Source: Candidatus Aphodoplasma sp. (GTDB taxonomy: Bacteria > Bacillota > Clostridia > UBA1381 > UMGS1253). From it: a stretch of 64,000 bases of DNA. Below, in pieces: positions 49,577 through 58,941 of the stretch; position 1 is the first letter of the stretch; every line of letters begins with the position of its first letter. The notes beneath the pieces were generated by a model. It worked only from the letters and a program-made list of their open reading frames with translations. It searched no databases and had not been told where the DNA came from. The translations under genes were made by a program, and so were the position numbers. Location: assembly GCA_045592745.1 (NCBI GenBank), contig JAZNVH010000010.1, forward strand, positions 92,783 through 156,782, read 5' to 3'.

Positions 49577-51907
49577 TTACACGCCAATAGTATTTTTAAC
49601 GTTTTCTTCGCTAAATGATGCATCTGTAAATTCATTCATAAATGCCTCAAATGAGCCTGATTCATTTTTATCGGAGCAGCGAACAACCCATGCGATTGTA
49701 TCACCATAAGCACGATAATCGCAGTCCATTACTGCGTCATTATTGTTAAGCTCGAGTGTTTTTGAACACCATACGCCCATATAAGAGTTGTTAACGCGGG
49801 CAAACATAAAGCCATCACGCTTTATTTCTTCATCCATTGCAAATGAAGGCCAGTAAATATGGGTAAGCTTTGTCGGATGCTCGTCGGGGATATTATAGTA
49901 GCAGTAAAGCGTATTGTCATCTTGCTTTAGTGCAGGAAATACGCCATTTCCATACCAATAATCAGGACGTATACCGCCAAAGTCTTTTTCTGTGCCCGGA
50001 TGATTTACGAATGTATAACAGCGGTTTGAAAGAGCCGCATACCAAAGATGCTGCTGATAGCCATATTTGCCGGGAACAAACAAAGACGTTCCGTGAAACC
50101 ACTCGTTCATGATCTTTGTCTTATAATATTCTGTATCTGTATATTTTTCTTCAGGGAGTGGCGTGCGTCTTGGAGAAGCAACCGATGTAAGCATATAGTT
50201 TTTCGTTTTTTTTGTAGTAATGCTTGCACGTCCCGAATCAAATGTAACATTGGCATTATTGCGCATAAGTTCCGTCAAATCATCAGGCATTTTATATGAG
50301 CTGTAATAGAAGTATATAAGCCAACCACTGTATGCTTGGGCGCAGTTTTCGTCGAGCAGATACAAAAGACTTTGCAGTCCTGACTCGTATGGAGTGAGCG
50401 AGCTTCTGTATATTCTTCCCATAGGAGCCATATGTATACCGTCAAAGCATTGAAGTGCTGTTTCACGAAGAATTCGGTCAAGAGCGTTTTTTGCGCGGGA
50501 CTTGATAACTTCGTTTGTTGAAAAATCATAAAGGACAAGAAGCGGAGCAGTTGTAACAAGCAGATATCCGCCTGCCAAAAATTCTTCAAAGCCCTCGTGC
50601 TCAATTACATCAAACCACTCGTTTATACGGGCTATGCCTTTTTTATACTGGTCTATGCCGCGTTTGCCTGAATGACGGAAAAACTCCTCGGGCCATATAC
50701 TTCCTGCGAGCATCTGGCAAACAAAGAATGTGAGCGCGTGATTTTCGCTCCAAAAGCACATTGCATCTGCACCTTCCTCGTCCATCCAGTATCTAAAGTC
50801 AAGAGCGGCATCGTGTATCTTCTTTTTGTATTCATCACTTATTGGTAAAAGCTTGTATATGTAAAGAAGACTCATAAGTGCAAAGTCAGAACAATCTCTA
50901 CAAGTGCGTACAAAGTCAAGAGGCATATCAAAATGCGCATAATCTTTTTCGCAGATAGACTGTTTTATGTAGTAACTGGCAAGAAATTTGAAAGTATCTA
51001 AATAAGAGTGAGCTTTTGTGTCAGCTATATTTTTCAATATTGAATCTGCTTTATCTTTCTTTGATTCAAATTTATTAAACACAAGCTTTTCATTCTGAAG
51101 AATATCAAATCGGCGCATAAACTTTTGTGCGCATACTTCAAACGATACTTGGATATTTCTTTCTCTGTTTATATCATAGGTGTTGCCTTCGCTCCATACG
51201 CTCTCATTTTCTCCAAGCTTAACTGTTACAGGTAATGGCGGTTGTGTTTTTGAAATAAGCTTTGCATCATCACAACGCAAATCACAAAGCCAGTTTTCAG
51301 CGTCTTTAAGCTTTGCAAGAGTATCTTCCTTGACAGGAAGAGTTACACATATACCGTCTGTATCAAAAAGCTGAAGTGAGAACATATTTCTGGTGTCGCG
51401 TACACCAAAGTTCTGGAGGCATACAAATATATCATTAACGCCTTTCTTTAGGTCTAATGTTATGTCAAGATAGTTTATCGGTTTATATACGGGGTCTTTA
51501 ATGTTTGCACAGTGGACACCGTTTAGCCACATATCAACAGTACAGTATGACCAGATTCGAGCGCGAACAGTTTTTGCTTTGTCACTTACAAGCTGAGTTA
51601 GTGCATGAATATTAACACTCGTAAGAGTGAAGTAGAAGGTTGAGAAATCTATGTATGTATTACGGTTTTTTGCATAAAATTTCCACACCGCACCAAGTGA
51701 GCTTTCTTCGCCGAGAGTGCCCCATGCGGGTACTTTTTCCATAGGCTTTGCGAAAATTTTTCGCATATCAGCCTCGAATTTTAGCTGATTTTTATCTGTA
51801 TGGGGTGCTACAAAAGGCTCAGTAACAGCCTCAGTTGTAAGATAGTTTAGAACATATCCCTCTTTTGAAAGTGAAAAACATACTTTTGAATCAGTCAACA
51901 TAAACAC
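49577..51907 (-). CDS. 776-aa cytoplasmic protein of unknown function, possibly carbohydrate lyase-like
   Basis: Long intact ORF with no signal peptide. Beta-rich N-terminus, helical core with FRYWMDE/FWSENH and a beta-rich C-terminus (YGYQQHLW). The fold assignment is inference. Confidence 0.6.
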   Translation of the reverse strand: MFMLTDSKVCFSLSKEGYVLNYLTTEAVTEPFVAPHTDKNQLKFEADMRKIFAKPMEKVPAWGTLGEESSLGAVWKFYAKNRNTYIDFSTFYFTLTSVNIHALTQLVSDKAKTVRARIWSYCTVDMWLNGVHCANIKDPVYKPINYLDITLDLKKGVNDIFVCLQNFGVRDTRNMFSLQLFDTDGICVTLPVKEDTLAKLKDAENWLCDLRCDDAKLISKTQPPLPVTVKLGENESVWSEGNTYDINRERNIQVSFEVCAQKFMRRFDILQNEKLVFNKFESKKDKADSILKNIADTKAHSYLDTFKFLASYYIKQSICEKDYAHFDMPLDFVRTCRDCSDFALMSLLYIYKLLPISDEYKKKIHDAALDFRYWMDEEGADAMCFWSENHALTFFVCQMLAGSIWPEEFFRHSGKRGIDQYKKGIARINEWFDVIEHEGFEEFLAGGYLLVTTAPLLVLYDFSTNEVIKSRAKNALDRILRETALQCFDGIHMAPMGRIYRSSLTPYESGLQSLLYLLDENCAQAYSGWLIYFYYSSYKMPDDLTELMRNNANVTFDSGRASITTKKTKNYMLTSVASPRRTPLPEEKYTDTEYYKTKIMNEWFHGTSLFVPGKYGYQQHLWYAALSNRCYTFVNHPGTEKDFGGIRPDYWYGNGVFPALKQDDNTLYCYYNIPDEHPTKLTHIYWPSFAMDEEIKRDGFMFARVNNSYMGVWCSKTLELNNNDAVMDCDYRAYGDTIAWVVRCSDKNESGSFEAFMNEFTDASFSEENVKNTIGV

Positions 51908-51990
51908 GACCTTTTGGTTTTTTATAAAATTCAGCTATATTATAGTCTATATGAGTTTAAAAATAAATATAAAAAATAAAAAACAAGTCT

Positions 51991-54462
51991 TCATGCTTGT
52001 TTTTTACGTCGGGAAAGTTTTGACAGTGACTTGATAATAATATTGTGCAATTTATAAAGTGCATAAAAAAGCTTTGTCATATAGCGGAGAACAGGCTCTG
52101 TTGCAATTATAAATACACCTAAGAGCATACTTGCTTTTAAAGAAAGTGGAGTAATACCAAACAAATCATTTAAGAATATGCTTGAGAAAATGAGACCTGC
52201 AAGCATTGCGCCCCAAATACACCAGCGCAGAACGTTCATTGGCTTGCTCATTCGGTACAAAAACAGCATACCGACTGTTGACAAAAGAAGAGCAGAAACT
52301 GTCGACATATCCGTTTCGTTCACACCAAATACCTGGGCAAAAAGCATAAGTGCTGCAACTATAATAAATCCCGTAAGACCTGCGGGCATTGCAGCGCCGA
52401 GTACGTTTGGCAAAAACTTTCCTTTAATAATATTTTTATTCGGCTCAAGCGCAAGAAAGAATGCGGGCACTCCGATTGTGAACATACTTACAAGTGAAAT
52501 CTGTGACGGAAGGAGCGGATAATTTATAACAAAAATCATTGAGAACAGTGCCATCATCATTGAAAAGATGTTTTTCACCAAAAACAGCGATGCCGAGCGT
52601 TCAATATTGTTTACTACGCGTCTTCCTTCAAGTACGACAGACGGCATACAGGCAAAATCCGAGTCAAGAAGTACAAGCTGGGAAACGTGAGTAGCGGCTT
52701 CGCTGCCCGATGCCATAGCAATACTGCAATCGGCTTTTTTGAGTGCAAGAACATCGTTCACACCGTCACCTGTCATTGCAACTGTTTTTCCGGCTTTTTT
52801 GAGAGCGAGAACAAATTGCTTTTTTTGCTGAGGTGTTACTCTGCCGAATACTGTATATTTCATCACAGCTTCATTAATTTGCTCCTCTGTTACAAGGGTG
52901 CTTGCATCAATATAGTTTTCGCAGTTTTTGATGCCTGCACGTTTTGCGACCTCGGACACAGTAAGTGGGTTATCGCCCGAAATCACCTTTATTTCAACAC
53001 CCTGCTCATCAAAGTATTCAAAAGTCTTTTTTGCATCTTTTCTGATGGGGTTTGATGCGATAACAAGACATAGCGCAGTTACATCTTCTGTGAGTGCACT
53101 GCCATCAGGGATATCGTCATATTTTGCAAAAACCAATACACGCTGCCCGCGTTTTGAATAGTTTTCGATTTGCTCTTTGTATTCTTCATAGCGCCCTCGC
53201 AGTATAAATTCGGGTGCGCCAAGCACATACGCATCTTCTCCAAAAATCGCGGCTGAGTATTTTGTAGCTGAAGAAAACGAAATTATGCTGTCTGCCTGTG
53301 CGCCGCTGTTTTCTGTAAAGCGCTCTTTTATGGCAGCCATAGTTGCATTATCTTCATTCATATTTGCCGCAAAATCACCAAGAAGAATTTCAGCAGAAGG
53401 TTCATTTTCACCGAAAATATATTCATCAAGCTCTATAAGCTCGTCTATTTTCATATTGTTTTCTGTAATAGTACCCGTTTTGTCAACGCACAAAACATTT
53501 ACGCGTGCGAGAGTTTCTATACATGACAGCTCATGCACAAGCACACGTTTTTTTGCAAGGCGCATTACGCTTAAAACCATTGCAACGCTTGCTAAAAGGT
53601 AAAGTCCCTCAGGAATCATACCAATAAGCGCCGCCACCATTGATACAACGCTTTGTGCCAATGTTTCTCCGAGCTTAAAATAATGCTGACAAAACATTAT
53701 AACACCAATTGGTATTATTACTATTCCAACAATAGCAATAAGGCGATTTAAAGAGAGAATCATTTCTGAGCGCTCGCCCTTTTTTTCGGCTTTTGCCTCA
53801 ATCATAAGCTTTGATATATACGAATCTTTGCCCACTGTAGTAAGCTGTGTCATACAACGCCCCGACACAACAAAGCTGCCTGACATAAGGGCATCGCCGC
53901 TTTTTTTTGTGATTTCGTCTGCCTCTCCTGTAAGAAGCGATTCATTTACATTTACTTCGCCGTCGACTACTATCCCATCGGCACAAATCTGATTTCCTGC
54001 ATCAAATATGACAATGTCATCTACAACAAGCTTTTCACACTCTATTATGCTTATTTGACCGTCACGAAGCACACGTGCTTTTGGAGCGTTCATAATTGAG
54101 AGTTTGTCTAAAACGCGTTTTGAACGTATTTCCTGTATAATACCAATAAGAGTATTTAAAATAATTACTGGAAGAAAAGTAAGCTCGCGAAATGAACCCA
54201 CAAAAATTAAAAGAAGAGCAAGCAGGGCAAATACAAAGTTAAAATATGTAAAAATGTTGTTTGCAATAATTTGAGGAATTGTTTTTGAAGGTGTATCAAC
54301 ATTTTCGTTTAACAGTCCCGCATCCTCACGCTCGGCGATCTCATGGCGCAAAAGCCCCGTATTTATATCGGTATAAATTATTTGACTTTCATACTCTGAA
54401 CTTACGGTTTCGTTTGTTCTTCTCATTATTTCCTCCATATACTTTAAATCGTTTGTTGCCAA
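51991..54462 (-). CDS. Cation-translocating P-type ATPase, CtpE-like
   Basis: ESLLTGE, IPEGL, DKTGT phosphorylation site and MTGDGVND. Confidence 0.92.
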   Translation of the reverse strand: MATNDLKYMEEIMRRTNETVSSEYESQIIYTDINTGLLRHEIAEREDAGLLNENVDTPSKTIPQIIANNIFTYFNFVFALLALLLIFVGSFRELTFLPVIILNTLIGIIQEIRSKRVLDKLSIMNAPKARVLRDGQISIIECEKLVVDDIVIFDAGNQICADGIVVDGEVNVNESLLTGEADEITKKSGDALMSGSFVVSGRCMTQLTTVGKDSYISKLMIEAKAEKKGERSEMILSLNRLIAIVGIVIIPIGVIMFCQHYFKLGETLAQSVVSMVAALIGMIPEGLYLLASVAMVLSVMRLAKKRVLVHELSCIETLARVNVLCVDKTGTITENNMKIDELIELDEYIFGENEPSAEILLGDFAANMNEDNATMAAIKERFTENSGAQADSIISFSSATKYSAAIFGEDAYVLGAPEFILRGRYEEYKEQIENYSKRGQRVLVFAKYDDIPDGSALTEDVTALCLVIASNPIRKDAKKTFEYFDEQGVEIKVISGDNPLTVSEVAKRAGIKNCENYIDASTLVTEEQINEAVMKYTVFGRVTPQQKKQFVLALKKAGKTVAMTGDGVNDVLALKKADCSIAMASGSEAATHVSQLVLLDSDFACMPSVVLEGRRVVNNIERSASLFLVKNIFSMMMALFSMIFVINYPLLPSQISLVSMFTIGVPAFFLALEPNKNIIKGKFLPNVLGAAMPAGLTGFIIVAALMLFAQVFGVNETDMSTVSALLLSTVGMLFLYRMSKPMNVLRWCIWGAMLAGLIFSSIFLNDLFGITPLSLKASMLLGVFIIATEPVLRYMTKLFYALYKLHNIIIKSLSKLSRRKKQA

Positions 54463-54570
54463 TATTAATTATTCTCAAAATGGTTATATTATATTACCAT
54501 ATAATTTAGAGTTCTTCAACAAAAAAATATAAAAGTTAATATATTGTTTTTAAACTTATAAAATATGATA

Positions 54571-54596
54571 AAAAGCAGTGCGGTTCTCCGCACTGC
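54571..54596 (-). terminator. Intrinsic terminator
   Basis: GCAGTGCGG/CCGCACTGC stem with a U-tract on the - strand. Confidence 0.7.
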
Positions 54597-54608
54597 CCAT
54601 TTAACAAA

Positions 54609-55124
54609 TCATTTTGACTTTTTTACTTTTTTTGTAAGCCTTTTAATAAGTATTCCATGATATACAAATGTGAATACAAGGTATATAAGCATCAGATAAG
54701 CGACTACATAATACTCATAACGTGTATTCTTAAGGAAAACCAATATCGAACGAAAAGCAGCAGGTGCTGTTTCAACGGGCATCCATCTTGTATAGAAGGG
54801 AAGGTTAAGATAAAACGTTACAAGGCATACCGCAAGAGTCATATGAGCGTAGTTTTTAAACGTTTGTGAATACCCTTCAAGCTTTGGAAGCTTCGAGTAT
54901 GAAAGCGTATACAACGCTACTGTGCCAAGAGCAAGTAATACAAATATAGCACACATTACATAACGATAGGTTAAGATGTTACCTATACGTCCCATTGCGT
55001 AAAGATAAAATGCATACAAAAGCACATAACCCAAAAGGGTATAGCCGAAATTTATAAGCATACGGTTAGTAAGCTTTTCTTCGATTTGCTTTTTATTCAT
55101 ATTTGTCATATCTTTGATTTTCAT
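54609..55124 (-). CDS. Hypothetical membrane protein (about 4 TM)
   Basis: Four hydrophobic segments, basic termini, GGGGGA RBS. Confidence 0.7.
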   Translation of the reverse strand: MKIKDMTNMNKKQIEEKLTNRMLINFGYTLLGYVLLYAFYLYAMGRIGNILTYRYVMCAIFVLLALGTVALYTLSYSKLPKLEGYSQTFKNYAHMTLAVCLVTFYLNLPFYTRWMPVETAPAAFRSILVFLKNTRYEYYVVAYLMLIYLVFTFVYHGILIKRLTKKVKKSK

Positions 55125-55164
55125 GTAAAAAAATCCCCCTTGTATCCTTATCCTGTGTTTATAA

Positions 55165-55902
55165 TCAAAGTAAAAATTCGTAATTTATCATAGAAAGTAC
55201 GGTTTCTCCGGCAGTTTCTGTACGAAGTATCCGCTTACTAAGACTGACTGTTGAAATTTCTAAATCCTTTATTTTTTCAAGCTCACCTTCAGAAATGCCG
55301 CCTTCAGGGCCTATAACGAAGGCGATGCTTTTTACACCTTTGGCATTTTTAAAAATATCTTTAATAGTTGTACCATCTTCGTTTTCGTATGCTGTAAAGC
55401 TCAAATCATATTCTTTCATTAAGCTAAGCATCTTATCAAACTTAACAGGCATCTCTACCGAAGGAACAATACCTCGTCCTGATTGCTTTGCCGCTGCAAG
55501 AGCGATGCTTTGATAACGTTGCACCTTCTTTTTTGCATCAGCCTCACTATTTAATTTTACAACACATCTGTCCATAATGCAAGGAATAATTTTATTAATT
55601 CCAAGTTCGGTGCATTTTTGAATGATATATTCCATTTTGCCGGACTTTGGAAGCGCCTGAAAAAGCGTTATTTCAATATCCGGTTCGGACTCACTCTTTT
55701 TTTGAGAAAAGATAGTTGCACTGACACAGTCTTTGTCCGATTTTTCTATCTTTGCCTCATAATCACTGCCACAGCCGTCGCATAGTGTAATAGTTTCGCC
55801 TGCTTTCATTCGAAGAACTTTCGATATGTGCTTTGCATCTTCGCCGCATATTGTTATATGAGAATCCAAAATGTCGTTTTTATCAATAAAAAATCGCGGC
55901 AT
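55165..55902 (-). CDS. rsmE: 16S rRNA (uracil-1498-N3)-methyltransferase
   Basis: MPRFF, HISKVLRM, IIQKCTELG, IGPEGG and RILRTETAG. Confidence 0.95.
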   Translation of the reverse strand: MPRFFIDKNDILDSHITICGEDAKHISKVLRMKAGETITLCDGCGSDYEAKIEKSDKDCVSATIFSQKKSESEPDIEITLFQALPKSGKMEYIIQKCTELGINKIIPCIMDRCVVKLNSEADAKKKVQRYQSIALAAAKQSGRGIVPSVEMPVKFDKMLSLMKEYDLSFTAYENEDGTTIKDIFKNAKGVKSIAFVIGPEGGISEGELEKIKDLEISTVSLSKRILRTETAGETVLSMINYEFLL

Positions 55903-56051
55903 AATCCACCCCACAGGCTCTCTTGCAATAATTTTTTTTCATAAAGTTATTTAAACCTTACATAAATATATTATCAAATTCAAACAAAAAAATCAATACA
56001 TAAAACGAAAAATCGAATATAAATTTTATATCCGATTTTTTAAGCAGGATT

Positions 56052-57017
56052 TTATTTTGCAACTATTGATGCCCATTCGCCCTTTTCGTGCACCTGCATA
56101 ATTTCAAAATCTGCTTTTGTAAGAGCGTTTTTTACATCGTCAATTCTTTCAAGTATTATTCCTGAGCAGATAAATACGCCCTCTGTTTTCATAACGGATT
56201 TTGCAAAGGGTGCAAGAGCGATTATAACGTCTGCAACGATGTTTGCAAGCACTATATCATATTTTTGCGAAGAAATTTTCTCTCTTGCATCGGTATCAGA
56301 CAAAACATCTGCAGCCAACGTGATGTACTCAGGCTCGCCAAAACCGTTTCTTTCGGCATTTTCCATTGCTGTTTTTGCAGCGTTGGGGTCAATGTCAACT
56401 GCAAGTGCATTTTTTGCCTTCAAAAGCAGTGCGATAATTGACAAAATACCGCTTCCGCATCCAAGATCAAGCACATTGTCGCCCTCTTTTATGTAGTTTT
56501 CGAGGCTTTCGATACAAAGCTGTGTGCTTTGGTGTGTGCCTGTTCCAAAACTCATTCCGGGGTTTATGTTAAATACAGTGCGTCCCTCGTCATCGTCAAG
56601 TATTTCCCATTCGGGTTTTACGAGAATGTGCTTGCCGACTTTGAGCGGTTTATAGTACTGTTTCCAGTTTTCTGCCCAGTCCTGCTCGGACATATCGACA
56701 AGAGAAATGTCGAGTGTGCCGAAAACACCCTCTGTATCAAAGGCCTTCAGCGCAGCCATCGCTTCTTTGACTGCGAGAAGCTGCTCATGGCCGCTTTCGT
56801 TTTCAGTTACATAAATTTTTACAAGCGTAGGTGCGCTTTTTTTATACATAAGAGATTCATCTATATAATCCCAGTATTTTGTTTCGTTTTCCAAAAAGTC
56901 GTTAAAGTCAGCAGCGTCCTCAATTTCTGTTCCTGTAATACCTATCGAATAAAGGCGACCGCATACCGGCTCTATACCCTCGGTTGTTGTTTGTATTGAA
57001 ACCTGAATCCAATTCAT
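56052..57017 (-). CDS. prmA: Ribosomal protein L11 methyltransferase
   Basis: WAENWKQYY, NPGMSFGTGTHQST, LDLGCGSGIL and ANIVADVI. Start ATG 57017 behind GAGG. Confidence 0.95.
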   Translation of the reverse strand: MNWIQVSIQTTTEGIEPVCGRLYSIGITGTEIEDAADFNDFLENETKYWDYIDESLMYKKSAPTLVKIYVTENESGHEQLLAVKEAMAALKAFDTEGVFGTLDISLVDMSEQDWAENWKQYYKPLKVGKHILVKPEWEILDDDEGRTVFNINPGMSFGTGTHQSTQLCIESLENYIKEGDNVLDLGCGSGILSIIALLLKAKNALAVDIDPNAAKTAMENAERNGFGEPEYITLAADVLSDTDAREKISSQKYDIVLANIVADVIIALAPFAKSVMKTEGVFICSGIILERIDDVKNALTKADFEIMQVHEKGEWASIVAK

Positions 57018-57210
57018 ATTATCATACCTCTTTTTCAAAATGTAAATCCTGCATAATTATTATAATTAGTATTTATGTTTTCTGCAAGTATTTTTTTAAC
57101 AATAACTTATAATGAGTAAACAAATTATGAATATATTTCTAAAACAATTGATTTTTTCCGGAAAAAGAGGTAAAATTTTAAATGAGAAACTGATAAAGGA
57201 GTGCAAATGT

Positions 57211-58941
57211 GTGTCGACAGTAGCAAAATATTTAAAACCATATATTCCATATATGTTTTTAGTGCTTATATTTGTATTTACAAGAGTGCTTTGCGACCTT
57301 GCTCTTCCGGGATATATGTCCGAAATTGTGGATAACGGAATTGCAAAAGGAAATATTTCTTATATTATATCAACAGGCGTTACGATGCTGCTTATATCAC
57401 TTTTGGGTATTAGTGCGGCGGCAGCAAACAGCTTTACCGCGTCGTATATAGGTGCAAATACCGCAAAGAATCTTCGTAATGACGTGTTTAAGAAGACAGA
57501 GGCGTTTTCACTTGCTGAGTTTGATAAGTTTTCAACAGCATCGCTTATTACAAGAACGACAAACGATATCGTTCAGCTTCAAAATATAATAATAATGTTT
57601 ATGCGCTTTATGATAACTGCGCCTATAATGGGTATAGGCGGAATTGTGCTTGCCCTTCGCAAAAGTATTTCAATGTCGTGGACAATAGCGCTCGGCGTTA
57701 TTATAATACTTGGTATGGTTACAGTGCTGTTTTCACTTACTATGCCGCGATTTAAAATTATACAAAAGCTTATTGACAGATTAAATCTTGTGAGCCGCGA
57801 GGGTCTTAGCGGTGTAATGGTAATACGCGCATTTAAAAATCAGACGTTATGGCAACAGCGCTTTGAAGATTCCAACAGTGCGCTTACACAAAACAACCTT
57901 TTTACCAACAGAGTAATGAGCCTTATGCATCCTGCGATGATGCTTGTTATGAACTTTATCACTGTAATAATTGTGTATATAAGCGCTCAGTATATTGACA
58001 TAGGTGCTCTTGATGTAGGTGATATGATGGCGTTTATACAGTACGCATCACAGATTATGAGTTCGTTTTTAATGATGTCTATGATGTCAATACAGCTTCC
58101 GCGTGCTATAGTTTCGGCAAACAGAGTAAAAGAGGTTTTAAAAACAGAGCCGAGCATACAAGACCCGAAAGAGCCTGTCCAATTTGACGAGAGCAAACGT
58201 GGTGAGGTCAGATTTGAAAACGTAAGCTTTTATTATCCGGACGCAGATGAGGCGGCGCTTAAAAACATTTCTTTTGTTGCGGAGTCCGGGAAAACTACGG
58301 CAATAATCGGAAGCACAGGCTCAGGCAAATCGACGCTTGTAAATCTTATAATGCGTTTTTATGATGCAACCGACGGCGAGGTAAAGCTTGACGGAGTAAA
58401 CGTGAAAAACGTATGCCAGAAAGATTTAAGAGAGCGTATCGGCTATGTTCCGCAAAAGGGCATACTGTTTTCGGGTACTATAGAGTCAAACCTTCGTTAT
58501 GGCGATGAAAATGCTGATTGGCAGACTATTTTGTCGGCGAGCCAGACAGCACAGGCGGCAGAATTTATAGAAGAAAAAGAAAAGAGCTATGAGAGCGAAA
58601 TTTCTCAGGGCGGTACAAATGTGTCGGGCGGACAAAGACAAAGATTGTCGATTGCCCGTGCACTTGTAAAAAAGAGTGAAATATATATTTTTGATGACAG
58701 CTTTTCGGCACTTGATTTTAAAACGGATGCCGCACTTAGAAGTGCACTTAAAGAAAAGATGCAGGGAGCAACGCTTATAATTGTTGCACAAAGAATCAAT
58801 ACAATTATGAACGCTGACCGCATAGTTGTTATGGACGAAGGAAGAGTGGTGGGCACAGGCACACACCGCGAGCTTTTAAATGACTGTGATATATACAGAC
58901 AGATTGCATATACACAGCTTTCAGAGGAGGAATTAGCATGA
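57211..58941 (+). CDS. Heterodimeric ABC exporter, subunit with degenerate Walker B/H-loop
   Basis: TMD plus NBD: GSTGSGKS, VSGGQRQR, IYIFDDS (no catalytic Glu), VAQR. Likely GTG start 57211 behind AAGGAG. Confidence 0.92.
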   Translation: MSTVAKYLKPYIPYMFLVLIFVFTRVLCDLALPGYMSEIVDNGIAKGNISYIISTGVTMLLISLLGISAAAANSFTASYIGANTAKNLRNDVFKKTEAFSLAEFDKFSTASLITRTTNDIVQLQNIIIMFMRFMITAPIMGIGGIVLALRKSISMSWTIALGVIIILGMVTVLFSLTMPRFKIIQKLIDRLNLVSREGLSGVMVIRAFKNQTLWQQRFEDSNSALTQNNLFTNRVMSLMHPAMMLVMNFITVIIVYISAQYIDIGALDVGDMMAFIQYASQIMSSFLMMSMMSIQLPRAIVSANRVKEVLKTEPSIQDPKEPVQFDESKRGEVRFENVSFYYPDADEAALKNISFVAESGKTTAIIGSTGSGKSTLVNLIMRFYDATDGEVKLDGVNVKNVCQKDLRERIGYVPQKGILFSGTIESNLRYGDENADWQTILSASQTAQAAEFIEEKEKSYESEISQGGTNVSGGQRQRLSIARALVKKSEIYIFDDSFSALDFKTDAALRSALKEKMQGATLIIVAQRINTIMNADRIVVMDEGRVVGTGTHRELLNDCDIYRQIAYTQLSEEELA

